Part shown: positions 8,237-16,159 of the stretch, piece after piece
Layout: the number at the start of each line of letters is the position of its first letter
How positions within the stretch are numbered: the first letter of the stretch is position 1
Virus record (IMG/VR): IMGVR_UViG_3300037422_000215
Location: 1-35,926 of that record
DNA length: 35,926 nt
Origin: a virus
Lineage: Duplodnaviria; Caudoviricetes
Direction: 5' to 3' (one strand)
The notes under the pieces: generated by a model
Databases searched by the model: none
Told to the model about the DNA's origin: nothing
Seen by the model: only the letters and a program-made list of their open reading frames with translations
Made by a program: the position numbers and the translations under genes

Positions 8237-8622
8237 CGCTCGTGAAGTGCAGGGAGTGCTCCGAGCCGTTCAACGGCCCGGGCCGGCTCGCGACGCATAT
8301 GCGTCGCGAGCACCGCCAAGAGCTCCTCGACGACGAGCAGCCGGAGCAAGCCATGGAGGGGCGCGTGGAGCACCAGGCATGTGCCCACCGGGACGCGGAG
8401 CCGTCCCCGCCGCCGTCTCCGGCGCCCGCGGCATCCCCGGTCATGCCGATGACAAGCGACCGGACGCGGCCGAACGGTGCGGGGCGGCTCGGTGCAATCG
8501 GACAGTTACGGCGCTGCCGGGAGCAGATCCTCAAGGACCTCGAGCAGGTCGAGCCGGGTCTCGTGGGTGATCTGGTCCGGGTCGAGGCTGCGCTCGACAT
8601 CCTCGAAGGGAGGGTCGGCTGA
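8233..8622 (+). CDS. C2H2 zinc-finger protein
   Basis: CRECSEPFNGPGRLATHMRREH fits C-x2-C-x12-H-x4-H. Confidence 0.7.
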   Translation: MTLVKCRECSEPFNGPGRLATHMRREHRQELLDDEQPEQAMEGRVEHQACAHRDAEPSPPPSPAPAASPVMPMTSDRTRPNGAGRLGAIGQLRRCREQILKDLEQVEPGLVGDLVRVEAALDILEGRVG

Positions 8623-9395
8623 TGGCAGACCTGTACGTCCCGCTCGATGTGAACGCCCCTGACGACCCGAAGATCCTCGCGGCCGGCGACCGGGCCGAGC
8701 TCGTCTTCTACCGGGCGCTCTGCCTCGCGAAGCGGCTGTCGTCGGACGGATTCATCGCGGCGGCACAGCTGACCCGCCAGCTCGGCGGCGTCACGGACGA
8801 CGCGGGGCGGCTTGTCGCGGTCGGGTTGTGGGCCGAAGTCGACGGCGGCTGGCAGATCGTGTCGTTCCTGAAACGCAACCCGTCCGCGGCCGCGCTGGCG
8901 GAACGTCGCGAGGCACAGAAGTCCCGGAAGGACAAGTGGCGTGCGCGACGCGATGGTCCCGACGATCCGGCTGACGATCGCGACGCGGACGCGACGCGGG
9001 ACAGCAGCGTCGCGCGACGTGATCGCGACGTGGGACCGTCGAAGCCCGCGACGCGCAGTGAAGTTGAAGTGAAGAGAAGTGAAGTGAAGAACCCTCCGGG
9101 GGGCGCGCTCGCAAGCTCGCCGCACCCCGACCGGCAGCCCCGAACCGACCCGGCACCGGCCGGCAAGGTCGCCGTTGCCGGCTACATCGCCGACTACCGA
9201 GCCACGCACGGCGGCAAGAGCCCGCCCGGGATCTGGATGGCGCAGGCCGGCGCGCAGTCGAAGGCGCTGCTCGCAGACGGCACCGACCTCGGCGACATCC
9301 AGATCGCGCTCGGAGTGTGCGCCCGCGAGAACAAGTCGCCGAAGACGCTCGCGCATGTGCTGGCCGACTTGCACTCGTCGAGGGCCGTGTCGTGA
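8622..9395 (+). CDS. Putative phage replication initiator (replisome organiser)
   Basis: N-terminal DDPKI...ALCLAKR..SDGFI...LVAVGLW domain, basic helix, then a low-complexity repeated linker. Confidence 0.7.
   Translation: MADLYVPLDVNAPDDPKILAAGDRAELVFYRALCLAKRLSSDGFIAAAQLTRQLGGVTDDAGRLVAVGLWAEVDGGWQIVSFLKRNPSAAALAERREAQKSRKDKWRARRDGPDDPADDRDADATRDSSVARRDRDVGPSKPATRSEVEVKRSEVKNPPGGALASSPHPDRQPRTDPAPAGKVAVAGYIADYRATHGGKSPPGIWMAQAGAQSKALLADGTDLGDIQIALGVCARENKSPKTLAHVLADLHSSRAVS
8940..9091 (+). promoter_or_regulatory. Candidate intragenic replication origin (iterons plus purine-rich tract)
   Basis: Clustered CGCGACG repeats followed by GTGAAGTTGAAGTGAAGAGAAGTGAAGTGAAGAA inside the initiator gene, as in lambda O-type genes. 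Confidence 0.5.
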
Positions 9396-9488
9396 CGTCC
9401 GGCCGGTTCCAACGCCCGACAGCACCCGCGGATCCGACGCGCCCGGTCGAGTGTTGGGTCGTGACGCTCACCTGGGTCGAGGACGAGC
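9344..9488 (+). repeat. Exact 145-bp direct repeat D (copy at 9822-9966)
   Basis: Base-for-base match at offset 478; spans the initiator stop and the next gene's first 32 codons. Confidence 0.95.
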
Positions 9489-9811
9489 CCGGTCGAGCGC
9501 GCGTTGTCCGAGTGCAGCTCGAAGCTGGCGGAGAGCGCGGGATCACCCGGCAGCACGTCCCCGGCGAGCTCGGCGCGTCGCTCGTGATCGGCGATCCGGA
9601 GTGGTACTCGCCAGCGGCGACCGAGGCCGCGCGGGCAACACGCAAGCGGGTGACGCCTGCCCGGCTCGCCGAGGTCGCCCAGGCCTGGCGCGAGGCCGGT
9701 ATCGACGGGATCACGGCGCTCGGCGTCAGCGAGCGCCAGGCGTGGCGCCTGAAGGCACGTGCCAAGGAGGCCGGCCTCCTGACCGGCATCGACGACAAGG
9801 AGACGCAATGA
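9392..9811 (+). CDS. Chimeric protein: duplicated N-terminus plus C-terminal HTH-like domain
   Basis: Shares MTSGRFQ...WVEDE with 9870-10142; ends RLAEVAQAWREAG...LGVSERQAWRLKARAKEAGLL. Confidence 0.65.
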   Translation: MTSGRFQRPTAPADPTRPVECWVVTLTWVEDEPGRARVVRVQLEAGGERGITRQHVPGELGASLVIGDPEWYSPAATEAARATRKRVTPARLAEVAQAWREAGIDGITALGVSERQAWRLKARAKEAGLLTGIDDKETQ

Positions 9812-9869
9812 GGCGTAGAGCGACGCTCGCGCATGTGCTGGCCGACTTGCACTCGTCGAGGGCCGTGTC

Positions 9870-10142
9870 GTGACGTCCGGCCGGTTCCAACGCCCGACAG
9901 CACCCGCGGATCCGACGCGCCCGGTCGAGTGTTGGGTCGTGACGCTCACCTGGGTCGAGGACGAGCACGGCCGGCCGATCACCTGCGCTCGCACCAGCTA
10001 CCTGGCGACCGAGGCCGAAGCGACAGCGCGCTTCTGCGAGCTTGACCGGCTGATCCGGTTCGAGGCGTGGCGCCCGAATCTGCGTGCCCGCGACGTCCAG
10101 GTTGACCTGCCGTATCGGCAGCCGGGACGGAGAACCGCGTGA
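9870..10142 (+). CDS. Hypothetical protein
   Basis: ORF track; GTGA overlaps at both ends. Confidence 0.6.
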   Translation: MTSGRFQRPTAPADPTRPVECWVVTLTWVEDEHGRPITCARTSYLATEAEATARFCELDRLIRFEAWRPNLRARDVQVDLPYRQPGRRTA

Positions 10143-10174
10143 GGCCGATCTTCCGTGACGAAGGAGTTCCGGCG

Positions 10175-10855
10175 ATGACCATGTTGACCTACCACGGCGA
10201 TCACGACCTGAAAGCGGCAGTACTCGCGGAGTTGGCGGCGCACCGTGTCGCGGACGAGATCATCCAAGGGACCTACTGGCGTGACGGGAAGGGCTGCGCG
10301 GTCGGCTGCCTGACCCACGACCCTCACGGTGGCCATCACCTGTACGAGTCGAGGTGGGGGATCCCGGAGTGGCTCGCTCGCCTCGAAGACGCCGTGTTCG
10401 AGGGACTCCCGCTCGACGCGGCGAAGGGCTGGCCGGAGCGGTTCATGGGTGCGGTCCCGGTCGGTGTCGAGATCACCGACAGTGTCGCGGACGGGCTTGC
10501 GGTCGAACGGCTGACGGTCGAGGTCCTGCCGCTCGCGCCGTCGTGGCCCGAGCCGGTACGGGCTGAGGTTGTGGGGGCGGTGGAGCAGGTGATCGATGCG
10601 CTCGGCGGCGACGACCTAGCAGCACGCGCGCGGTCGGCGGGGGCGGCGTGGGCGGCGGAGTCGGCGGCGTGGGCGGCGGCGTGGGCGGCGCGGGCGGCGG
10701 CGGAGTCGGCGGCGTGGGCGGCGGAGTCGGCGGCGTGGGCGGCGCGGTGGGCGGAGTCGGCGGGGTGGGCGGCGGAGTCGGCGGCGCGGTGGGAGGCGGA
10801 GGCGGACCGGATCATCGCAGCGCTCGCGATGCTCGGGGAGACGGCCATCGCGTGA
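10175..10855 (+). CDS. Hypothetical protein with AAWAAES repeats (in-frame upstream GTG at 10139)
   Basis: AAGGAG RBS; QGTYW..GKGCAVGC...GIP..LARLED..FEGL domain, then Ala/Trp repeats. Confidence 0.75.
   Translation: MTMLTYHGDHDLKAAVLAELAAHRVADEIIQGTYWRDGKGCAVGCLTHDPHGGHHLYESRWGIPEWLARLEDAVFEGLPLDAAKGWPERFMGAVPVGVEITDSVADGLAVERLTVEVLPLAPSWPEPVRAEVVGAVEQVIDALGGDDLAARARSAGAAWAAESAAWAAAWAARAAAESAAWAAESAAWAARWAESAGWAAESAARWEAEADRIIAALAMLGETAIA
10633..10803 (+). repeat. Degenerate G-rich coding repeat (GCGGCGTGGGCGGCGGAGTCG units)
   Basis: Read directly. Confidence 0.85.
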
Positions 10856-11454
10856 GATCGATCTTCCGTGACCACGCCGACCTGAGCGGCTACGCCGGCG
10901 ATCTCGTGCAGCTCGTCGCCGAGCTCGTCGCCCAGCACGACGCGCTCGACCGTCTCGAACGGAACCAGAGGGCCGCCCGCGGCTACCCGCGCCGCTCGAT
11001 GGGCGAACGGACCAGCCCGGGAACGGTCCTCGACGACCAGGGGATCCCGATGCCGGCCGTCTCGGACCCGACCGGCGAGGCAGTGATCGCCGGCGACCAG
11101 CTCCACACGCAGATCGCGGCCCGCCGGCAGACGATCGAGCACCACCTCGTCGCAGCACGGAAGCTGATCGTGGAGGCGACCGACGGAGCCCGCAAGCTCA
11201 CACTCCCACCGATCGACCTCACGACCGGCACCGGAGCCGACGACCTGTGGTGCGAGCATCACCTGAAACACGGGATGTGCGAACCGCGTGGCTCACCGAA
11301 AGATGTCGGCCGGCACGGCCAGCACTGCGTCTGGTGCCACGCATGGAACCGCGAGCACGGCCAGCTCCCACCCCGCCGGATCCTCGAACGCCGTGCCGCC
11401 GGCGAACGGATCACTACCCGGGTGATCGACGAAGTCCTCGGCCGGACGGGCTGA
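10852..11454 (+). CDS. Hypothetical protein with a C-terminal Cys/His cluster; possible late-gene regulator
   Basis: Last early gene before the packaging module; WCEHH...C...CVWC; role inferred from position only. Confidence 0.55.
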   Translation: MRSIFRDHADLSGYAGDLVQLVAELVAQHDALDRLERNQRAARGYPRRSMGERTSPGTVLDDQGIPMPAVSDPTGEAVIAGDQLHTQIAARRQTIEHHLVAARKLIVEATDGARKLTLPPIDLTTGTGADDLWCEHHLKHGMCEPRGSPKDVGRHGQHCVWCHAWNREHGQLPPRRILERRAAGERITTRVIDEVLGRTG

Positions 11455-11488
11455 CGCTCGCAGCCCTGCGACCAGGAGGATCACTCGC

Positions 11489-11566
11489 ATGAACCACACG
11501 GATGTGCTTTACTTCCAGTTGAATCCAGAACCGCGCCCCGACAGCGCTCGATCGGACGCCGCATGA
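11489..11566 (+). CDS. Possible 25-aa leader ORF coupled to the HNH gene
   Basis: AGGAGG RBS; ATGA overlap at 11563. Confidence 0.3.
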   Translation: MNHTDVLYFQLNPEPRPDSARSDAA

Positions 11567-11838
11567 CCCGCCTCCGACGGTGCCTCGGCTGTCGCACACT
11601 CACATCCGCAGCACGCTGCCCCGCCTGCCGCAGCATCCAACGCGCGAAGTACCGCGGAACCTGGCCAGCACACGCACAGGCAGCCATCGACGCGCACCGC
11701 GCGAATTTCGGCAACACATGCCCCGGCTGGCGGACACCGCCCCACCCGACCCACGATCTGACGCTCGACCACGGCCCCCCCGAACGGGTCCTCTGCCGCG
11801 CGTGCAACACCCGCAAACGCCGCCTCGACGGCACCTGA
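11563..11838 (+). CDS. Terminase-associated HNH endonuclease
   Basis: CLGC...RCPAC, LTLDH...VLCRACNTRK; sits just before terS, as HK97 gp74-like genes do. Confidence 0.78.
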   Translation: MTRLRRCLGCRTLTSAARCPACRSIQRAKYRGTWPAHAQAAIDAHRANFGNTCPGWRTPPHPTHDLTLDHGPPERVLCRACNTRKRRLDGT

Positions 11839-11972
11839 ACCCAAGCCCAACAGGGAGGGAGGGCAGGGGGCCAGAAACAGACGCGAACTCGACCGGCCAC
11901 CTCCCAAGACCCTCGCCCCTCGCTCGCATTGTCCACGAGTCTCGGCCTGAGGCCGAGGTCTGAGGTGTTGTC
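11839..11972. other. Candidate cos/packaging initiation region
   Basis: Non-coding gap between HNH and terS with a purine tract then a pyrimidine tract; positional inference. Confidence 0.4.
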
Positions 11973-12413
11973 ATGGCCGGGAATGGTCCTGCCCCGAAGC
12001 CGGATTCGGAACGTCGACGGACGAACCGGCCGACGTTCGAGTGGACGTTGCTGCCGGCGTCGGGCCGGAAGGGCAAGACGCCGCCGCTACCGAAGTGGCG
12101 GTTGTGGCATCCGGAGACGCTCGTCTGGTGGCGGGCGCTGTGGCGCAAGCCCCAGGCGACGGCGTGGGATCAGTCGGGCGCGACGCTCCATCCGCTCGCC
12201 ACGCTGTACGACGATCTGATCTCGGGCCGGGAGCCAGCGGCGAAGGTCAGCGCGGAGATGCGACAGCACGAGGACAGGCATGGCCTGAACCCCAAGTCGT
12301 TGTTGCAGCTGCGCTGGCGGATCGTCCCGGACGCGGATCTCGCGGCGGTGAAGGAGGCGGCCGTGGCCCGTGCCGGCGGCGCTCGCCGCGACCGACTGCG
12401 TGTCGTGTCGTAG
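11973..12413 (+). CDS. Terminase small subunit
   Basis: MAGNGPAPKP..RRRTN, W..LW..PQA..W, EMRQHEDRHGLNP..L..LRW; directly before terL. Confidence 0.85.
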   Translation: MAGNGPAPKPDSERRRTNRPTFEWTLLPASGRKGKTPPLPKWRLWHPETLVWWRALWRKPQATAWDQSGATLHPLATLYDDLISGREPAAKVSAEMRQHEDRHGLNPKSLLQLRWRIVPDADLAAVKEAAVARAGGARRDRLRVVS

Positions 12414-13931
12414 ATGCCGTGGCGCGGGGCGGGCTATCCGGGCGAGTTTCCTTCGCTCGGCTGGCAAGTCGCCGACTGGATCGAGGCGCATTTCCGCGTA
12501 CCGGACGGGCCACGCGCGGGGGAGCAGCTGATCCTCACAGATGAGCAGACGACACGGCTCGTCCGCTGGTATGCGCTCGACGACCAGGGCCGGTTCTCGT
12601 ATCGCCGTGGCGCGAAACGCGGCCCGAAGGGCGAGGGGAAGTCGCCGGAAGCGGCGATGATCGGGCTCGCCGAGTTGTGCGGGCCGACGCGGTTCGCCGG
12701 TTGGGATGCGCTCGGCGAGCCCGTCGGGACAGAGCCGGTCGCGCCGCTCGTCCAGATCGCGGCCGTGTCGGAGGACCAGACTGCGAACACCTACGGATGG
12801 GTGTATGAACTGCTGCGAACGAGCCCGCTCGTCGACGAGGCACAGCTCGACGTCGGCCTGACCCGCGTGTTTCTGGCCGGCCGGCCGGGTTTGCTCGAAC
12901 CGGTGACCGCCTCGGCAGGGACCAGGGAAGGGCAGCGCCTCACGTTCGGTGTCCTCGACGAGACTCACCTCTGGCTGCAGTCGAACGGTGGCCGGCGCCT
13001 CGCCGCGGTGATGCGACGCAACGCCGCCAAGATGGGCGGCCGGACGTGGGAGACCACGAACGCGTACATCATCGGGCAGGGCTCGGTTGCCGAGGAGAGC
13101 CATGCTGCGGCCGAACGTGGCGCTGTAGGGCTGCTCTACGAGGCGAAGGCGGCCCCGCCGACGACCGATCTCAACAACGACGGGTCGCTACGGTCGGGGC
13201 TCGAAGCCGCATACCGGGAGAGCCTCGCCTGGGTGCCGATCGACCGGCTTGTCGCGGAGATCCGCGACCCGGCAACAACCCGCGACGACGCGCTCCGGTT
13301 CTACCTGAATATCCCGGTCCGAGTCGATACCGAGAGCTGGCTCGCGGACTATCCGCAGGCATGGGAGCGGTGCACAGCCCCGGACCTGCGTCTCGACGAC
13401 TGCGACCGGATCGTCGGCGCGGTTGACATGAGCCTCCGCCACGACAGCACCGCCGTCGTCTGGGCCGGCGATCATCCCGAAGGACGGACGGTGCTCCGGG
13501 CGAAGATCTGGCGGGCGCCACCCGCAGGCAAGGTCGATTTCGTCGCGGTCGCCGGCCACATCCGCGCGGAGACCTCCCGGCTCGGAGCACGTGCCGTCAG
13601 CTACGACCCGCGGTTCCTCGAGCTTGTCGCGCAGCAGCTCGCCGACGAGGGCCTACCGATGGAGGAGTTCCCGCAGTCGCCGGAACGAATGGTTCCCGCC
13701 TGCGGGCGGCTGTTCGAGCTGATCGTCGGGACGACACTCGCGCACGACGACGACCCAGACCTGCGCGCGCATGTGACCTCGGCGGTACGGCGCGACGCCG
13801 AACGGGGCTGGACGTTGAGCAAGGGCCGGTCGTCCGGGCCGATCGACGCCTGCGTCGCGGCGGCGATGGCAGTACAGACGCTCGCGCGACGCGAGGAGCC
13901 CGACGTTGAACCGTTCGCAGCCTGGTCGTGA
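12414..13931 (+). CDS. Terminase large subunit
   Basis: GPKGEGKS Walker A, IAAVSEDQT, VLDETH, GAVDMS..HDSTA, YDP, IDACVAAAMA. Confidence 0.95.
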   Translation: MPWRGAGYPGEFPSLGWQVADWIEAHFRVPDGPRAGEQLILTDEQTTRLVRWYALDDQGRFSYRRGAKRGPKGEGKSPEAAMIGLAELCGPTRFAGWDALGEPVGTEPVAPLVQIAAVSEDQTANTYGWVYELLRTSPLVDEAQLDVGLTRVFLAGRPGLLEPVTASAGTREGQRLTFGVLDETHLWLQSNGGRRLAAVMRRNAAKMGGRTWETTNAYIIGQGSVAEESHAAAERGAVGLLYEAKAAPPTTDLNNDGSLRSGLEAAYRESLAWVPIDRLVAEIRDPATTRDDALRFYLNIPVRVDTESWLADYPQAWERCTAPDLRLDDCDRIVGAVDMSLRHDSTAVVWAGDHPEGRTVLRAKIWRAPPAGKVDFVAVAGHIRAETSRLGARAVSYDPRFLELVAQQLADEGLPMEEFPQSPERMVPACGRLFELIVGTTLAHDDDPDLRAHVTSAVRRDAERGWTLSKGRSSGPIDACVAAAMAVQTLARREEPDVEPFAAWS

Positions 13932-14082
13932 CGCGACACTTCTTCTCGTCTTCGCGTTTGCAGCAGGTGTCGCGAGCATCGTCGTCGGTGTCGCGCTGAT
14001 CTACCCGCCGGCCGCGTGGATCGTCGCCGGCCTGGCCGCCGCGACGGCGGCCCTGCTCGTCGATGCGGGGGAACGCCGATGA
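13906..14082 (+). CDS. Small two-TM membrane protein between terL and portal
   Basis: GAGGAG RBS plus TTG; ...LLLVFAFAAGVASIVVGVALIYPPAAWIVAG... Confidence 0.65.
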   Translation: MNRSQPGRDATLLLVFAFAAGVASIVVGVALIYPPAAWIVAGLAAATAALLVDAGERR

Positions 14083-15422
14083 ACCTGCTCGCCCGCGCGA
14101 CGCGCCCACGCCGTCCCGACACGAGCCTGCGCTACACGCTCGAGAACTGGTACCAGGACCTGACGAAGGCCATCTACCAGGGCCTCACGTACGGGACGAC
14201 GACGATCCCGCCCGCGAAGGGCGAGCCGATCGGCAACAACTTCGAGGGGTATGTCCGTGGCGCATACCAGCGTGACGGTGTCGTGTTCGCCTGCATCCTC
14301 GCCCGGCTCCTCGTCTACTCCGAGGCCCGGTTCCAGTGGCAGCGGCTGATCGCCGGCCGGCCCGGCGACCTCTATGGGACCGCCGAGCTCGGGATGCTCG
14401 AGCGGCCGTGGCCGGGCGGCACGACCGGCGAACTGCTCGCGCGGATGGAACAGGACGCGTCGCTCGCCGGGAACGCGTTCATCGCCCGCCGGGCTGACGG
14501 GACGCTCGCCCGGCTGCACCCCGACCGGGTGACGATCGTCCACGGCTCGCCGAACGGGCCGATGGGCGCGCCTGACGACGACCCGGACGCTCAGGTCGTC
14601 GGCTACCTTTACAAGCCCGGCGGGCCGACATCACGGGCGCCGATCCGCGAATACCCGGTCGAGCAGGTCGCGCACTACAGCCCGATCCCCGATCCGAACG
14701 CCCGTTGGCGCGGCATGTCGTGGCTCACGCCCGTGCTGCTCGAGGTCGACAGCGACATCGCCGCGACCACACACAAACTCCGTTTTTTCGAGAACGGCGC
14801 GACACCGAACATGGTCGTGAAGCTCCCGCCGGCGATCACGAACAGCGCACAGTTCCAGGAGTTCAAGGAGATGATCGACGCGGGCCACTCCGGCCTCGCG
14901 AACGCGTACAAGACGCTCTACCTCTCGGCTGGCGCGGACATGACCGTGGTCGGGTCGACGTTCGAGCAGATGAGCTTCAAGGCGACGCAAGGCGCCGGCG
15001 AGACGAGGATCGCCGCCGCCGCGGGTGTCCCGCCGGTGATCGTCGGGCTCTCCGAAGGTTTGCAGGCCGCGACGTACAGCAACTACGGCCAAGCTCGGCG
15101 ACGGTTCGCGGACGGGACACTCCGGCCGTTGTGGCGCACGACGGCCGGTTCGCTCGAGACGATCGTCCCGCCACCCGCCGGCACGCGGCTCTGGTACGAC
15201 GACCGCGACATCGCGTTCCTGCGCGACGACGCGACCGACGCGGCACAGATCCTGAAAGAACAGATGCTGACCGTCGAGTCGGGAGTCCGGGCCGGGTTCA
15301 CGCCGACGACCGTGGTCGCGGCGGTCACCGCCGGCGACCTGTCGCTCCTGCAGCACACCGGTCTGTTCTCCGTCCAGCTCCAGCCGCCAAACCCCGCCGA
15401 GCTCGAACCATCCTCGGAGTGA
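14079..15422 (+). CDS. HK97-type portal protein
   Basis: VFACI, LAGNAFI, LHPDRV, GMSWL, FFENGATP, IAAAAGVPP..VG, TYSNY. Confidence 0.93.
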   Translation: MNLLARATRPRRPDTSLRYTLENWYQDLTKAIYQGLTYGTTTIPPAKGEPIGNNFEGYVRGAYQRDGVVFACILARLLVYSEARFQWQRLIAGRPGDLYGTAELGMLERPWPGGTTGELLARMEQDASLAGNAFIARRADGTLARLHPDRVTIVHGSPNGPMGAPDDDPDAQVVGYLYKPGGPTSRAPIREYPVEQVAHYSPIPDPNARWRGMSWLTPVLLEVDSDIAATTHKLRFFENGATPNMVVKLPPAITNSAQFQEFKEMIDAGHSGLANAYKTLYLSAGADMTVVGSTFEQMSFKATQGAGETRIAAAAGVPPVIVGLSEGLQAATYSNYGQARRRFADGTLRPLWRTTAGSLETIVPPPAGTRLWYDDRDIAFLRDDATDAAQILKEQMLTVESGVRAGFTPTTVVAAVTAGDLSLLQHTGLFSVQLQPPNPAELEPSSE

Positions 15423-16159
15423 ACATGTTGGATCCCGAAACGGTTCCGCGCGACAACCTGACCCGGACGCTCCCGTTCGTCGTCGAACGCGCCGACAGCG
15501 ACGATGACGGCCTGACGCTCACCGGCTACGCCGCGGTGTTCAACGAGCCGACCCTGATCGACTCGTGGGAAGGGTTCTTCGACGAGCAGATCGCGCCGGG
15601 CGCATTCCGGAAGACCCTCTCGGAACGGACGCCCGTGCTGCAGTTCGACCACGGCGCCCACCCGGTCGTCGGATCGATCCCGATCGGCGTGTACGAGACA
15701 CTGCGCGAAGACCGCCGCGGCCTCTTCGTCGAGGCCCGCCTGCACGACAACTGGCTGGTCGAACCGGTCCGCGACGCGATCGCGTCCGGGTCGATCACCG
15801 GCATGTCGTTCCGGTTCACGGTCGTGAAGGAAGAATGGGACGATAGCGGCGACATCCCGCTGCGGACCCTCCGCGAAGTGAAGCTGTTCGAGGCCGGTCC
15901 GGTCGTCTGGCCCGCCTACGAGACGACCACCGTCGGAGTACGCGCCGCGGAGACCGCCGCCGCGCTCACCACCGACGCGTCATTCCGCCGCGAAGTCGCG
16001 GCAGCACTCCTCCTCGGCACTCCCGCCCAGCCGCCCCCTGGCACTGGTAACGGAGCCGCCGCCCACGACGAGCCGCACGCGCGCACTCGTCAACACCAAT
16101 CACAAGCCCGTGCCCGGATGCTCCGGGCCCGGCTCCCCCTGCCCGAGGAGGCAGCATGA
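15419..16159 (+). CDS. HK97-family prohead protease
   Basis: LTGYAAVFN, EQIAPGAF, QFDH, GMSFRF, LFEAGPVVWPAY. Confidence 0.93.
   Translation: MNMLDPETVPRDNLTRTLPFVVERADSDDDGLTLTGYAAVFNEPTLIDSWEGFFDEQIAPGAFRKTLSERTPVLQFDHGAHPVVGSIPIGVYETLREDRRGLFVEARLHDNWLVEPVRDAIASGSITGMSFRFTVVKEEWDDSGDIPLRTLREVKLFEAGPVVWPAYETTTVGVRAAETAAALTTDASFRREVAAALLLGTPAQPPPGTGNGAAAHDEPHARTRQHQSQARARMLRARLPLPEEAA

Noticed and set aside
7668-9903. Long minus-strand ORFs here and throughout (e.g. 16369-17517, 19749-21377)
   Set aside because: Shadow ORFs expected at high GC; they overlap well-supported + strand genes and show no motifs
9344-9966. 145-bp repeat pair as a DGR template/variable repeat
   Set aside because: Copies are identical, with no adenine-specific differences, and no reverse transcriptase is visible
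10648-10851. Gly/Val-rich N-terminal extension of ORF 10648-11454
   Set aside because: Off-frame reading of the AAWAAES repeat; the likely start is GTG 10852, supported by the overlap and repeat E'
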